The notes: a model not told the origin generated them from the sequence alone. Shown: positions 47,302 through 60,423, counted from the first letter of the stretch. The stretch is 64,000 bases of DNA from Chitinophagales bacterium (GCA_016787045.1 JAEUVA010000031.1:36634-100633), one strand, 5' to 3'. Translations and numbers: made by a program.

Positions 47302-48432
47302 ATGAAATTTGAATTGCAGCATACCGACCCATCATCTAAAGCACGTGCCGGAAAGATAACTACCGACCATGGCGAAATTGAAACCCCTATCTTTATGCCG
47401 GTGGGTACACTGGGTGGTGTAAAGGCCGTTCATTTTAAGGAATTAGAGCAGGATATTAATGCGCAAATCATTTTAGGCAACACCTATCATTTGTATTTGC
47501 GACCCGGTACCGATGTGTTAGAGCAGGCCGGTGGTTTACACAAGTTTAATGGATGGAATAAACCCATATTGACTGATAGCGGTGGCTTTCAGGTGCACTC
47601 GCTCAGCGAAATCAGAAAGATAAAAGAGGAAGGCGTGGAGTTTCGCTCGCATATAGATGGCTCTAAACATTTTTTTAGCCCCGAAAGTGTGGTGGATACA
47701 CAGCGAAAAATTGGAGCAGACATTATTATGGCTTTTGATGAGTGTACCCCCTATCCCTGCGAATATGAATACGCAAAAAAATCTATGCATCTAACGCACC
47801 GATGGTTGAAAAGATGTATCAATCGCTTTAATGAAACGGAGTGCAGTTACGGATACTCACAAACGCTTTTCCCGATTGTGCAGGGCAGCACGTTTAAAGA
47901 TTTGCGCAAAACGAGTGCGGAGTTTATTGCCTCAATGGGTGCCGAGGGAAATGCCATAGGTGGCTTGAGTGTAGGCGAGCCGGATGCAGAGATGTACGAA
48001 ATGACTGAACTGGTTTGCGATGTATTGCCTACAAATAAACCTCGCTACTTGATGGGTGTAGGCACTCCGGCAAATATTTTGGAGGCCATATCGCTGGGTA
48101 TAGATATGTTTGATTGTGTAATGCCCACCCGCAACGCGCGCAACGGCATGTTGTTTACACGCAATGGTATCATCAACATTAAAAACGAAAAATGGAAAGC
48201 TGATTTTTCGCCCATAGATGAGCACAGCGAAAGCCCCATGATTCGCCAGCACACTAAAGCATACCTGCGCCACTTGGTGCATACCGGAGAAATGCTTGGT
48301 GCTATGATTGCATCGGTAAACAACCTCAGTTTCTATTTGTGGTTGGTGCGCGAAGCCCGCAAGCAAATTATTGCAGGCAGTTTTGCTTCGTGGAAAAAAG
48401 ACATGTTAGAAAAAGTAACCAGACGATTGTAG
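47302..48432 (+). CDS. tgt: tRNA-guanine transglycosylase (queuine tRNA-ribosyltransferase)
   Basis: FMPVGT, TDSGGFQV, AFDEC, GLSVGEP and YLMGVG. Full length at 376 aa. Confidence 0.97.
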   Translation: MKFELQHTDPSSKARAGKITTDHGEIETPIFMPVGTLGGVKAVHFKELEQDINAQIILGNTYHLYLRPGTDVLEQAGGLHKFNGWNKPILTDSGGFQVHSLSEIRKIKEEGVEFRSHIDGSKHFFSPESVVDTQRKIGADIIMAFDECTPYPCEYEYAKKSMHLTHRWLKRCINRFNETECSYGYSQTLFPIVQGSTFKDLRKTSAEFIASMGAEGNAIGGLSVGEPDAEMYEMTELVCDVLPTNKPRYLMGVGTPANILEAISLGIDMFDCVMPTRNARNGMLFTRNGIINIKNEKWKADFSPIDEHSESPMIRQHTKAYLRHLVHTGEMLGAMIASVNNLSFYLWLVREARKQIIAGSFASWKKDMLEKVTRRL

Positions 48433-48435
48433 CTA

Positions 48436-49185
48436 TTACTTTTTGCGTCCGGTACCGTAAATGCGGTACCACATGTATGCTAACCCGGGTATGGCAATTA
48501 TGCCCAATCTAAATTGATATTGCCATTTGTTGTATTCCGGGTTAAGGAATAAAAAACCGATAATGGCAGAGTAGAGCAATGCAAAAATCCAAAAAGTAAT
48601 TTTTGCCCAAACTGTTTCGTAAAAGGTTTTACGTTGTTCTATTTTTTGTGAACGAACTGTAGTTGCAGCGGTATTGGCAGTTGGAGTTTTAGCAATATCT
48701 TTTGCAGGGCTACCAACAGCAGACGAATTCAATTCTTCTACCTTTTGCAAAAATGCGTTTTTGAAAACTGTAAACTCTGCCTGATTTTCCTGATCGGTTA
48801 TCTGCCATACTTTGCCTCCTGTAAAATAGATTTCTAAGTACTCATACTCTTGCATAGAGCGGTTGACTTCTTTTCCGTTTTTAAAATGCTTGATTTTTGA
48901 CCATCGGTAAGCTGCTCTTTTTGTGGGGATAAATGACAAATATGTGGCAGCAAAAGGCGTAATGGTGCGCTGTAGCTCTTCATCATTGATAGTATAAACC
49001 GCTTGCCCACTGGTAAATGCTAACAGGGCGACCATGGGGATCAGTAGCGCTATCATTGAAACCCAAACAGGTGCCCCTATCATTATGGCTGCATACATGC
49101 CGCTCATACCAAAAGTCATGAGCAATAGCACCAAGGCCAACATATTGTTGAACGTATGCGATTTGGTGTGGTAGCTTACGTTCAT
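48436..49185 (-). CDS. Hypothetical membrane protein (2 TM + soluble middle domain + 2 TM)
   Basis: The call rests on the hydrophobicity pattern only. I recognise no family. Confidence 0.45.
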   Translation of the reverse strand: MNVSYHTKSHTFNNMLALVLLLMTFGMSGMYAAIMIGAPVWVSMIALLIPMVALLAFTSGQAVYTINDEELQRTITPFAATYLSFIPTKRAAYRWSKIKHFKNGKEVNRSMQEYEYLEIYFTGGKVWQITDQENQAEFTVFKNAFLQKVEELNSSAVGSPAKDIAKTPTANTAATTVRSQKIEQRKTFYETVWAKITFWIFALLYSAIIGFLFLNPEYNKWQYQFRLGIIAIPGLAYMWYRIYGTGRKK

Positions 49186-49188
49186 GCG

Positions 49189-50772
49189 TTAATAAATAAC
49201 AAGTTTTTGTGCTGCTTGAACAGTGCCTTCAATTTGCAAAAAATAAATGCCGCTACATAGTTGGTCAAATACAATAGCATTGTTCAATACAAGTGCTTGA
49301 CTTACTAAGATGCCTTGTGCACAGTAAACATTTACTAAAGTGTTTTCAGGTAAAGTGGTGTTGCAAATACCGTTATTGGGGTTTGGGGAGATAGCCCACT
49401 CGCGAGAAACGGAATGTGATAAACTGCTTAAAAACGGAGGGCTGTACTCGGCTACCATCAAGTCATTGCCATCAGCATACGGTAGGGTGATGCTGCCAAA
49501 AGTGCAGGTATATAGGTAGTAGCCGGCAATCACCACATGGTCATTGTTTTTAACGGCAATGCCAATGCCACAGTCTGTATTACCGGCTCCGCCTGTAGTT
49601 ATCCAGCGTAGTGCGCCATTGGTGCTATAGCTCACAATAAACACATCGCGGTAATTACCGGTAATGGTGGTGCCGTCAAACTCTGCATTATCCTGAAACA
49701 GCCCGGTGGCATATACATTGCCTACTGCATCGCAGGCAATACCGTAAGCCACATCTAACTCTTGCCCTTTTCCGGCACGTACCCACTCATTGTTACCCGA
49801 TGCATCGTACTTAGCCACAAAAATATCGTTGTAGTTTTTGTAGGTAATGGTGTTAGTGCCAAAGGTGGCCGTGCCTGCAAAATACCCGGCTATAAACGCA
49901 TTTCCACCGGCATCTGCACATACGGCATACGCAGCATCTTCATAAGTGCTTCCTGCCTTTTTTAGCCATTGTAAGGTGCCGCTTAAATCTAGTTTTCCAA
50001 TCAAAATATCGTAACTGGTGGTAGCAGAACTAATGGTGGCATCGCTCATACCATAGTTGCTTCCAAAAAAGCCGGTAAAGTACACACCGTTGGAATTATC
50101 GTAAGCTACTCCGGTAATTTGGTTGGTGTTGGTGCCTTTAGATGTTTTAACCCACTGTAGTATGCCGTTGTTGTTGTATTTGGCAATAAAAGATTCATTA
50201 AAAAAATTGGTGGTGCTAATAGTTGTTGTGTCAAACACCGCAGAAGTCTCATAGTTTCCGCCAATGTAAATATTGCCGTTATCATCTACATCTATGCCCG
50301 ATACATAATCAGTTTCCGTACCACCGGCTCCTTTTGCCCATACAAAATTTCCGTTGGCATCGTATTTGGCAATAAACACATCTGCATCGCCCTTAGCCAC
50401 TATAAAATTGCTGCCAAAAAAACAGGTGTCTTCAAAAATTCCGGCTATGTACACGTATCCGTTTTTGTATTTAATGGCATTGGCTTGCTGGTTGCGGTCG
50501 TCACCGGCAGTGCGTATCCAAACTACGTTACCCTGAGGGTTGTATTTAATCAGCAGTACATCATATAACCCCTGACCCTGCACAGTTGTGCCGGATACAT
50601 CGGCAGCACCTGCCAGATTGCCCACCACATAGGTATTGCCTTGCTCATCTACTGACACCGCATTGGCCACATCGTTGCCTATGCCGCCTTCTCCTTTGGC
50701 CCAAATATAGCTTTGGGCAAAAAGGGTGTTTGTCATCATCCCGAAAATCAAGAGCAGCGTAAGGTGTTTCAT
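49189..50772 (-). CDS. SBBP (beta-propeller) repeat protein with T9SS C-terminal sorting domain
   Basis: Repeated D..GN.Y..G.F modules (VDEQGNTYVVGNLAG, DDNGNIYIGGNYE, DAGGNAFIAGYFAG, DAVGNVYATGLFQ). The C-terminal ISPNPNNGICN...GIYFLQIEG...QKLVIY is a T9SS CTD. The start was moved to ATG 50772 (MKHLTLLLIFGMMTNTLFAQS) so that it no longer overlaps pyrG. Confidence 0.75.
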   Translation of the reverse strand: MKHLTLLLIFGMMTNTLFAQSYIWAKGEGGIGNDVANAVSVDEQGNTYVVGNLAGAADVSGTTVQGQGLYDVLLIKYNPQGNVVWIRTAGDDRNQQANAIKYKNGYVYIAGIFEDTCFFGSNFIVAKGDADVFIAKYDANGNFVWAKGAGGTETDYVSGIDVDDNGNIYIGGNYETSAVFDTTTISTTNFFNESFIAKYNNNGILQWVKTSKGTNTNQITGVAYDNSNGVYFTGFFGSNYGMSDATISSATTSYDILIGKLDLSGTLQWLKKAGSTYEDAAYAVCADAGGNAFIAGYFAGTATFGTNTITYKNYNDIFVAKYDASGNNEWVRAGKGQELDVAYGIACDAVGNVYATGLFQDNAEFDGTTITGNYRDVFIVSYSTNGALRWITTGGAGNTDCGIGIAVKNNDHVVIAGYYLYTCTFGSITLPYADGNDLMVAEYSPPFLSSLSHSVSREWAISPNPNNGICNTTLPENTLVNVYCAQGILVSQALVLNNAIVFDQLCSGIYFLQIEGTVQAAQKLVIY

Positions 50773-50823
50773 TTTTTCAAACCAACTAAAATCTTTCAAC
50801 AGTGGCATAACTTTTATTCCACA

Positions 50824-52516
<1,693 letters not shown>

Positions 52517-52613
52517 AACTTTTGGCTATAAGTTTTGAGAAATTCTCCCTTCAAAATTATTCTTAGCCCCGCTCACCTCTTTTTTTACTTTCGCGCCCTC
52601 AATTCCATAGTTT

Positions 52614-54296
52614 ATGAGTGATACTACTATCATCTTTTCAATGGTTGGTTTAAGCAAAACCATACCACCTAACCGGCAGATACTAAAAGACATATATCTT
52701 AGTTTTTACTACGGTGCCAAAATCGGTATTATCGGTGCCAACGGCTCCGGAAAATCTACTTTGCTGAGAATAATTGCCGGTTTAGATGAAAACTATCAGG
52801 GAAAAGTTGAAAAGAGTAAAGACTATGCCATTGGCTTATTAGAGCAAGAGCCCAATCTTGACCCCAATAAAACGGTGATTGAAATTGTACGCGAAGGCAA
52901 GCAAGAAATTTTTGACTTGCTCAACGAATTTAACGCCATCAGCGATCAGTTTAGCGACCCCGACCTTGATCCTGACAAAATGGAGAAGCTTTTAGAGCGG
53001 CAGGGTACACTTCAAGATAAAATAGATGCTGCCGGTGCATGGGAAATAGACCAGGTACTTAACCGTGCCATGGATGCCCTTCAGTGCCCGGACCCGGATG
53101 CGATAATCAAAAATCTTTCGGGTGGCGAAAAACGCAGAGTAGCGCTTTGCCGCTTGCTCTTGCAAGAGCCGGAAGTACTTTTGCTGGATGAGCCCACCAA
53201 CCACTTAGATGCCGAATCGGTACTTTGGTTGGAGCACCACTTAGCACAGTACAAAGGCACTGTAATTTGTATTACGCACGACCGTTATTTCTTAGATAAT
53301 GTAGCCGGATGGATTCTAGAGTTAGACCGTGGCGAGGGCATTCCGTGGAAAGGCAATTACTCATCTTGGCTGGAGCAAAAGCAAATCCGGATGACGCAAG
53401 ACGAAGCAGCACAAAGCAAGCGTCAAAAAGTAATGCAACGCGAGTTAGAGTGGGCGCGCATGGGCCAAAAAGCCCGTCAGGCCAAAGGCAAAGCGCGTAT
53501 TGCTAACTACGAAAAAATGTTGCAGGAAGACGAAAAGAAACAAGAAGAGAAACTGGAGATTTACATACCACCGGGCCCACGCCTTGGTTCCAAAGTAATT
53601 GTGGCTAAAGATGTAACCAAAGCATTTGGCGATAGAGTGCTGTACGAAAACCTCAACTTTAGTTTACCACAGGGCGGTATTGTAGGCATCATAGGCCCCA
53701 ACGGTGCAGGTAAAACCACACTATTCCGTATGATAATGGGGTTAGAAAAACCCACCAGCGGCACGTTTGAAATTGGCGACACTGTAAAAATGAGCTATGT
53801 GGACCAAACGCACAGCGGTATAGACCCCGAAAAAAATGTGTGGCAAGTAATCAGTAACGAAGACGAATGGATAGAACTCGGTAAATTGAAAATGAACAGC
53901 CGTGGCTATGTATCGCGCTTCAACTTTAATGGTGCCGATCAGCAGAAAAAAATAAAAGTGCTATCGGGTGGTGAGCGCAACCGCTTACACCTTGCGCTTA
54001 CACTGCGCGAGGAAGCCAACGTACTATTGCTGGATGAGCCCACCAACGATTTAGATGTAAACACCATCCGTGCACTGGAAGAAGCTCTGGATAACTACGC
54101 GGGCTGTGCGGTTATCATTAGTCACGACCGCTGGTTCTTAGATCGCGTATGTACACACATTCTTGCATTTGAAGGCGAAGGTCAAGTGTATTACTTTGAA
54201 GGCGGATTTAGCGATTACGAAGAAAACCGCAAGCAGCGCATGGGCATAAGTGCCGATGAGCCACGCAAGTTTAAGTACAAGAAATTGGTCGTATAG
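52614..54296 (+). CDS. ettA: Energy-dependent translational throttle protein EttA (ABC-F ATPase)
   Basis: Two ABC cassettes (GANGSGKST / LSGGEKRR / LLLDEPTNHLD and GPNGAGKTT / LSGGERNR / LLLDEPTNDLD), 560 aa, with the characteristic N-terminus IFSMVGLSKTIPPNRQILKDI. Confidence 0.9.
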   Translation: MSDTTIIFSMVGLSKTIPPNRQILKDIYLSFYYGAKIGIIGANGSGKSTLLRIIAGLDENYQGKVEKSKDYAIGLLEQEPNLDPNKTVIEIVREGKQEIFDLLNEFNAISDQFSDPDLDPDKMEKLLERQGTLQDKIDAAGAWEIDQVLNRAMDALQCPDPDAIIKNLSGGEKRRVALCRLLLQEPEVLLLDEPTNHLDAESVLWLEHHLAQYKGTVICITHDRYFLDNVAGWILELDRGEGIPWKGNYSSWLEQKQIRMTQDEAAQSKRQKVMQRELEWARMGQKARQAKGKARIANYEKMLQEDEKKQEEKLEIYIPPGPRLGSKVIVAKDVTKAFGDRVLYENLNFSLPQGGIVGIIGPNGAGKTTLFRMIMGLEKPTSGTFEIGDTVKMSYVDQTHSGIDPEKNVWQVISNEDEWIELGKLKMNSRGYVSRFNFNGADQQKKIKVLSGGERNRLHLALTLREEANVLLLDEPTNDLDVNTIRALEEALDNYAGCAVIISHDRWFLDRVCTHILAFEGEGQVYYFEGGFSDYEENRKQRMGISADEPRKFKYKKLVV

Positions 54297-54310
54297 CCCA
54301 CTATCGGTTT

Positions 54311-55546
54311 TTACAACAATTGCTTCACGTTTTGATAAATCAAATCAGTACCACCGGTATGTTGATGTACGTATGAATGACAAATTTCCCCCATTTGTTT
54401 TTGTAGGGAATGGTCGGATAATACGCTTCCAACCACTGGTTCAAAGTGTTTGGGTTGATAAACGCATTTTGCACCACCCAGCTGCAAGAGCTTTTTTGCT
54501 TCCTCACTCTTGGTAAAATTTTTGCCAAACAAAACGGGTATTCCATACACAGCCGGCTCCAGCACATTGTGAATGCTTTGCTCAAAACCGCCACCTACGT
54601 ATGCAACATGCGCATAAGCATAGAGCGATGCCAGATTGCCAATGTTATCAATAAGCAACACACGGTTATTTGCTGCGTTGCTTTCGGTTAACTCAGAAAA
54701 CAAAACTACATTTTTAGCTACACGCTGCTTTAGTGCTTTAATGCTTTCGGCACTCAACTGATGCGGGGCTATAATCAGTTTCCAATTACTGAATGTTGAA
54801 TTTGCTAAAAACTCCAAAAGCAATTCTTCATCGCTGCTCCAGGTGCTGCCGGCAATAAATACTTGCTGATGGTTGCAAAATTGCTCTATCAACGGGAACG
54901 ACTTTCTGTTTTCAGCTACCTGCAATACTCGGTCAAAGCGGGTGTCGCTGGCTACGGTGCTACTAATTTCAATTTGCTTCAGCAATTGCTCAGATGTTTC
55001 ATTTTGAACAAAAATCTGTGTCACCCACTTAAGCATTTGGCGAAACATGCCTCCATACCATTTGAAAAAAACATGGTTTGGCCGAAACACAGCCGAAAAC
55101 AAAACCACCGGAATATTTTGCTGATGCAGGGTTTGCAGATAGTTATACCACAAATCATACTTTACAAAAAATACTACATCGGGTTTTATGAGTGCAATAA
55201 ATTCTTGCGCATTGGCGCGAGTATCTAAGGGCAAATAGGTAACCACATCGGCCTGCGTGTAGGTCTTGCGAACTTCGTATCCGGATGGGGAAAAAAAACT
55301 CAACACTGTTTGTGTTTCAGGATGCAGTGTTTTGATTTTTTCAATCAAAGGCCGAGCTTGCTCAAACTCGCCTAACGATGCACAGTGAAACCAAACCCGT
55401 TTACCGGATTTTGCCGGAAGTGAGCGAAGTTTCACTTGCCAGTTTTTTCGCCCGGTTACCCATAGCATGGCCTTATGGTGAAACAATGCAGCCACTTGCA
55501 GGATAAATCCATACACAAAAATACCTATATTATATACTGTGTTCAA
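54311..55546 (-). CDS. waaA: 3-deoxy-D-manno-octulosonic acid (Kdo) transferase
   Basis: WFHCASLGEFEQARPLIE and the C-terminal VGGGFEQSIHNVLEPAVYGIPVLFG pattern. Confidence 0.85.
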   Translation of the reverse strand: MNTVYNIGIFVYGFILQVAALFHHKAMLWVTGRKNWQVKLRSLPAKSGKRVWFHCASLGEFEQARPLIEKIKTLHPETQTVLSFFSPSGYEVRKTYTQADVVTYLPLDTRANAQEFIALIKPDVVFFVKYDLWYNYLQTLHQQNIPVVLFSAVFRPNHVFFKWYGGMFRQMLKWVTQIFVQNETSEQLLKQIEISSTVASDTRFDRVLQVAENRKSFPLIEQFCNHQQVFIAGSTWSSDEELLLEFLANSTFSNWKLIIAPHQLSAESIKALKQRVAKNVVLFSELTESNAANNRVLLIDNIGNLASLYAYAHVAYVGGGFEQSIHNVLEPAVYGIPVLFGKNFTKSEEAKKLLQLGGAKCVYQPKHFEPVVGSVLSDHSLQKQMGEICHSYVHQHTGGTDLIYQNVKQLL

Positions 55547-55568
55547 TGTGAACCTTTTGGGGCAATAC

Positions 55569-56351
55569 TCAATAGTAGTAATACTCCTTTTCGCTAGCTT
55601 GCAGGTAGATGGGAAGTATCCAACCTAATTTTACGCCCAAGAAAAGGTCAACCCGTTTTTCGTCCAGCTTTCTTTGCTCAAAAAAATCAAATGCTCTGCG
55701 GTTTTGAGTAAAAGCAACATCTACCTGAAATCCGCCATAAAAACTATACAGCTTTTTGCGCTCCATAAAAATTCCACCAATGAGCTGAGAAATAGCCGGG
55801 CCGTTGCAAAGTCGATCGTAACCCTTGCGGTAGGTTTTGCTCAATTGTGGCAATAAGTTTTCGCGGGCATCTAAAGCTATTTTGTGTTGCAAAAATCCAA
55901 AACCCGTAATGAATAACAGACCGGCATCCGGATATTTTTCGCTAAACGGAATCACCTTACCAAATTTAAAGTAGATATTAAATCCTCGCTCTTGCGGAGT
56001 TACATTTAGCAGGCGATTATCTTGGCTGATAAACTGCCCTTGGGTGGTAGAAATATAATTGGTTACATATCCCTCTTTAACCTTGTTACCAAACAAAAAA
56101 CCGCCTTCACCGCCTATCAGCCAGTTTTTTTTCAGTTTGTAAAACAGCCCAAGTGAAACCTGATTGTTGTAGCCAAAACGGTCGCGCATTTTACCAAACG
56201 GAAATTGGGCGGTGAATGAGGGCGAAATGAGGAGTGTATTGTTGGGCTCAAACTGCTTTTTTTGTTTAGCACCTGCCCTCTCCTCTGGCTGTGCCATGAG
56301 ATGAAGATTAAAAAGGAACAACAACAAGGTAAAAACAAGATAATGCTTCAT
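55569..56351 (-). CDS. Hypothetical secreted protein, outer-membrane beta-barrel-like
   Basis: Signal peptide MKHYLVFTLLLFLFNLHLMAQ, with alternating aromatic/Gly-rich strands and a C-terminal aromatic residue. The start was moved to ATG 56351. Confidence 0.45.
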   Translation of the reverse strand: MKHYLVFTLLLFLFNLHLMAQPEERAGAKQKKQFEPNNTLLISPSFTAQFPFGKMRDRFGYNNQVSLGLFYKLKKNWLIGGEGGFLFGNKVKEGYVTNYISTTQGQFISQDNRLLNVTPQERGFNIYFKFGKVIPFSEKYPDAGLLFITGFGFLQHKIALDARENLLPQLSKTYRKGYDRLCNGPAISQLIGGIFMERKKLYSFYGGFQVDVAFTQNRRAFDFFEQRKLDEKRVDLFLGVKLGWILPIYLQASEKEYYYY

Positions 56352-56373
56352 ATAGCTAACCAACGCGGGTGGT

Positions 56374-56407
56374 CAAAAATATTATTTTAGCGCGCTCAAA
56401 AAATCAA
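56374..56407 (-). promoter_or_regulatory. Candidate Bacteroidota-type promoter for the 55569-56351 gene
   Basis: The minus strand has TATTTTTG (56374-56381, exact TAnnTTTG) 22 nt upstream of the ATG. The TTG at 56405-56407 gives a 23-nt spacer, so the -33 element is weak or ambiguous. Confidence 0.3.
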
Positions 56408-56428
56408 CCCCCTGTGAATGAAATACGC

Positions 56429-57544
56429 ATGGTGGATTTGGCCACCCAATACCACCGTCTAAAACCCGAAATAGATAAGGCCATTCAGTCTGCTATTGAT
56501 AGCTCGCAGTTTATTAAAGGGCCACACGTAAAAGTATTTGAAGACAACCTTGCAGCATACCTCGGTGTAAAACACGTTATCAGTTGCGCCAATGGTACCG
56601 ATGCTTTACAAATTGCGCTCATGGCTTTGGGTTTACAACCCGGTGATGAGGTCATCACCCCATCGCATACTTATGTAGCCACTGTAGAAGTTATTGCTTT
56701 GCTACGGCTTAAACCCGTTTTTGTAGAAGTAAATGCAGATACATATACCATTGATGTAGCCGAAATTGAAAAGGCCATTTCTCCTAAAACCAAAGCCATA
56801 GTGCCGGTGCATTTGTACGGGCAATGTGCCGATATGGAGACTATCTTAGACATAGCATCAAAACACAAACTGTTTGTGGTAGAGGATAACGCGCAAGCCA
56901 TAGGCGCAGAATATACTTTTTCAAATGGGCAAAAAGCAAAGAGCGGTACCATGGGCAACATTGGCACCACCTCGTTTTTCCCTTCTAAAAATTTAGGTTG
57001 CTATGGCGATGGCGGAGCGCTTTTTACCAATGACGATGCCTTGGCAAAGACCATAAGAATGGTTGCCAACCACGGGCAGAGTGTAACTTATGTGCACGAC
57101 ATAGTTGGCGTAAACTCTCGCTTAGATACTATACAGGCCGCTATTTTGGATGTAAAATTGAAACAATTAAATGATTTTGCCGCCCGCAGAAATGCCGTTG
57201 CAGATTTTTACGATAAGGCATTTGCCGGGCAATCAAAAATGAAGTTGCCTTTTCGTGCGCCTTACACTAACCATGTATTTCACCAATATACCATCCGGTT
57301 GAGTGGTGTAAACCGCGATGAAGTGAAAAAGAAGTTGCTGGAAAAGGGTATTCCAAGCATGATTTACTATCCCATACCGGTACATTTGCAAAACGCCTAC
57401 CGCAGTGCAGAATACAAAGAAGGAAGTTTTCCGCTCACCGAAAGTTTAAGTGAGACCATTATTTCAATTCCTATTCATACAGAATTTGAGCAAGAACAGT
57501 TGAGATACATTGCAGATAATTTTATTTCAATAGTTAATTCATAG
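56429..57544 (+). CDS. DegT/DnrJ/EryC1/StrS family sugar aminotransferase (PLP-dependent)
   Basis: MVDLATQYHRLKPEID, SCANGTDALQIAL and SFFPSKNLGCYGDGGA (the PLP lysine context). The start is uncertain: ATG 56429 or GTG 56414. The track start at 56369 leaves no room for the divergent promoter. Confidence 0.85.
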   Translation: MVDLATQYHRLKPEIDKAIQSAIDSSQFIKGPHVKVFEDNLAAYLGVKHVISCANGTDALQIALMALGLQPGDEVITPSHTYVATVEVIALLRLKPVFVEVNADTYTIDVAEIEKAISPKTKAIVPVHLYGQCADMETILDIASKHKLFVVEDNAQAIGAEYTFSNGQKAKSGTMGNIGTTSFFPSKNLGCYGDGGALFTNDDALAKTIRMVANHGQSVTYVHDIVGVNSRLDTIQAAILDVKLKQLNDFAARRNAVADFYDKAFAGQSKMKLPFRAPYTNHVFHQYTIRLSGVNRDEVKKKLLEKGIPSMIYYPIPVHLQNAYRSAEYKEGSFPLTESLSETIISIPIHTEFEQEQLRYIADNFISIVNS

Positions 57545-57557
57545 TAAGGTAAGTTAA

Positions 57558-58877
57558 ATGAAAATAGCAGTAGTAGGAACAGGTTATGTTGGTTTAGTAA
57601 CCGGTACATGTTTTGCAGAAACCGGTAACGAAGTAACCTGTATAGACGTAAATGCTGCGAAGGTACAAGACCTGAATAATGGTAGAGTCCCCATCTATGA
57701 ACCCGATTTGGATGTTTATTTTGAGCGAAACACAAAAGCCGGGAGGTTAAAATTTACCACTTCACTTGCCGAAGGAATTGAGGGAGCAAAAATTATTTTT
57801 CTGGCATTGCCTACACCTCCCGGAGAAGACGGCAGTGCAGATTTGAAGTATGTACTAGGGGTGGCAGAAGATTTAGGCAAGTTGATAAAAAGTTATTCGA
57901 TAGTAGTGAACAAATCTACCGTGCCTGTAGGCACTGCCGATTTGGTGCGCGATAAAATTGCATTAAATGCAAAAGTAGAGTTTGACGTAGTGAGCAACCC
58001 CGAGTTTTTGCGCGAAGGAGTAGCAGTAGATGATTTTATGAAACCCGAGCGGGTGGTTGTAGGTACACGCAGCGCAAAAGCCAAAAAGTGTATGGAGGAG
58101 TTGTACGAGCCATTTGTTCGTCAGGGTAATCCGGTCATTTTTATGGATGAAAGAAGTGCAGAGGTAACCAAGTATGCTGCTAATGCATTTCTAGCTACCA
58201 AAATTTCATTTATGAACGAAATTGCTAATTTGTGTGAGCGGGTAGGTGCCGATGTGGACAATGTGCGCAAAGGCGTAGGTACTGATTCGCGCATTGGTAA
58301 ACGATTCCTTTTTGCCGGAGTTGGGTATGGCGGCAGTTGTTTTCCTAAAGATGTTCAGGCCTTGTATCTTACCTCTAAGCAATACGCTTACGATTTTAAG
58401 ATATTAGATGCAGTAATGAATGTGAATCAATTACAGCGCGAGAAATTTTACGAGACTATCAGCAACCATTTTCAAGGAAATTTAGAAGGTAAAACTATAG
58501 CAGTATGGGGTTTGGCATTTAAGCCCAATACCGATGATATTCGTGAAGCTCCTGCATTGTATTTGATAGAGAAATTTTTGGCAGCAGGAGCCAATGTACG
58601 CGCTTATGATCCTGAGGCCATGAAGAACGTGCAAGTAGAACTGGGTAGCAAAGCATATTTTGCAAACGATAAAGATGATGCTTTATCCGGTGCAGATTTT
58701 TTGGTGATTGTTACCGAATGGAATGAATTTCGCTCTCCTGATTTTGAAAAAATAAACGGAGAGTTGAAGCAAAAGCTGATTTTTGACGGTAGGAATTTAT
58801 ACAATATTGATACCATGAAAGAGCTGGGATACACTTACTACTCTATAGGTCGCGAAACCGTTAAGCAAAATCAATGA
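57558..58877 (+). CDS. ugd: UDP-glucose 6-dehydrogenase
   Basis: [28 protein letters not shown] and [10 protein letters not shown] (catalytic Cys). Confidence 0.9.
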   Translation: MKIAVVGTGYVGLVTGTCFAETGNEVTCIDVNAAKVQDLNNGRVPIYEPDLDVYFERNTKAGRLKFTTSLAEGIEGAKIIFLALPTPPGEDGSADLKYVLGVAEDLGKLIKSYSIVVNKSTVPVGTADLVRDKIALNAKVEFDVVSNPEFLREGVAVDDFMKPERVVVGTRSAKAKKCMEELYEPFVRQGNPVIFMDERSAEVTKYAANAFLATKISFMNEIANLCERVGADVDNVRKGVGTDSRIGKRFLFAGVGYGGSCFPKDVQALYLTSKQYAYDFKILDAVMNVNQLQREKFYETISNHFQGNLEGKTIAVWGLAFKPNTDDIREAPALYLIEKFLAAGANVRAYDPEAMKNVQVELGSKAYFANDKDDALSGADFLVIVTEWNEFRSPDFEKINGELKQKLIFDGRNLYNIDTMKELGYTYYSIGRETVKQNQ

Positions 58878-59842
58878 AACGAGTTTTAGTAACCGGAGCA
58901 GCGGGTTTTTTGGGTTCACATTTGTGTGATAGATTTATTAAAGAAGGATACCATGTGATTGGGATGGATAACCTCATCACCGGTAACTTAAAAAATATTG
59001 AACACCTTTTTAAACTTGAGCATTTTGAGTTTTATCACTACGATGTATCTAAGTTTGTGCATGTTCCCGGTAAGCTGGATTATATTCTCCATTTTGCTTC
59101 TCCGGCTTCACCTATAGATTATCTTAAAATTCCTATTCAGACCTTAAAAGTTGGCTCCTTGGGCACACACAACCTACTTGGGTTGGCTAAAGCAAAAGGG
59201 GCTTGTATGCTCATTGCTTCTACAAGCGAAGTATATGGCGATCCGCAAGTACATCCGCAGCCGGAAGATTATTGGGGCAATGTAAACCCTGTAGGTCCAC
59301 GCGGAGTTTATGACGAAGCCAAGCGATTTCAGGAAGCGATGACAATGGCCTATCACACGTATCATGGTGTAGATACTAAAATTGTAAGAATATTTAATAC
59401 GTATGGTCCACGCATGCGCTTAAACGATGGCCGAGTTCTTCCGGCATTTATTGGTCAGGCATTGCGTGGTGAAGACCTTACTGTTTTTGGTGATGGCTCG
59501 CAAACTCGTTCGTTTTGCTATGTAGATGACTTGGTGGAAGGCATATATCGTTTGTTGCTCAGCGATTATCACTTACCCGTAAACATAGGTAACCCCTCAG
59601 AGATAACTATAGCACAATTTGCCGAAGAGATTATCAAACTCACAGGAACTAATCAAAAAGTAACATACAAACCATTGCCTGCGGATGACCCCAAACAAAG
59701 GCAACCGGATATTACGCTTGCCAAACGTATTTTAGGATGGGAGCCAAAAGTAAATCGCTCGGAGGGTTTAAAGATTACTTATGACTATTTTAAAGGATTA
59801 AGCAAGGAAGAATTGTATCAATCTAAACACCGGTTTGAGTAA
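58874..59842 (+). CDS. UDP-glucuronate decarboxylase (UDP-xylose synthase), SDR family
   Basis: [32 protein letters not shown] and [10 protein letters not shown]. There is an ATGA overlap with ugd. Confidence 0.85.
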   Translation: MKRVLVTGAAGFLGSHLCDRFIKEGYHVIGMDNLITGNLKNIEHLFKLEHFEFYHYDVSKFVHVPGKLDYILHFASPASPIDYLKIPIQTLKVGSLGTHNLLGLAKAKGACMLIASTSEVYGDPQVHPQPEDYWGNVNPVGPRGVYDEAKRFQEAMTMAYHTYHGVDTKIVRIFNTYGPRMRLNDGRVLPAFIGQALRGEDLTVFGDGSQTRSFCYVDDLVEGIYRLLLSDYHLPVNIGNPSEITIAQFAEEIIKLTGTNQKVTYKPLPADDPKQRQPDITLAKRILGWEPKVNRSEGLKITYDYFKGLSKEELYQSKHRFE

Positions 59843-60423
59843 TGGAAAACTCCACATACTATTCGCATCCTACAGCGGTGATTGACGAAGGTTGTACCAT
59901 AGGCAAGGGTACTAAAATTTGGCACTTTAGCCATATTATGCCCAATTGCACCATTGGTGAAAATTGCAACCTTGGCCAAAATGTGGTTATCAGTCCGGAG
60001 GTAATTTTGGGTAACAATGTAAAAGTGCAAAACAATGTTTCTATCTACACCGGTGTGGTATGTGAGGATGATGTATTCTTGGGACCAAGTTGTGTGTTTA
60101 CCAACGTCACAAATCCCCGCAGCGCAGTGAACAGAAGAGGGCAGTATGCTAAAACGATTGTAAAGCGCGGAGCAAGTATTGGCGCAAATGCCACTATTGT
60201 CTGCGGGCATAATATTGGAGAATTTGCTTTTATTGGCGCAGGTGCAGTAGTAACTAAAAATATACCTGCTTATGCATTGGTAGTGGGTAATCCATCTAAG
60301 CAAATTGGCTGGATGAGTGAATACGGACACCGCCTGCTTTTTGATGAAAGCGGTTTGGCGGTATGTGAAGAAAGCGGAGAAAAGTATGTACTGGTAAACG
60401 GAGCAGTTACAAAGTTGACTTAA
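59842..60423 (+). CDS. Left-handed beta-helix N-acetyltransferase, WbpD/WlbB-like
   Basis: Hexapeptide repeats throughout. The N-terminal [40 protein letters not shown] and C-terminal [18 protein letters not shown] are typical of UDP-2-acetamido-3-amino-2,3-dideoxy-glucuronate N-acetyltransferases. Confidence 0.75.
   Translation: MENSTYYSHPTAVIDEGCTIGKGTKIWHFSHIMPNCTIGENCNLGQNVVISPEVILGNNVKVQNNVSIYTGVVCEDDVFLGPSCVFTNVTNPRSAVNRRGQYAKTIVKRGASIGANATIVCGHNIGEFAFIGAGAVVTKNIPAYALVVGNPSKQIGWMSEYGHRLLFDESGLAVCEESGEKYVLVNGAVTKLT

Noticed and set aside
59818-60330. 170-aa antisense ORF over the WbpD-like acetyltransferase, and a 158-aa one at 34848-35324 over the beta-helix gene.
   Set aside because: Hexapeptide and beta-helix repeat genes commonly leave the opposite strand open. 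I recognise no motifs, and both overlap confident CDSs completely.
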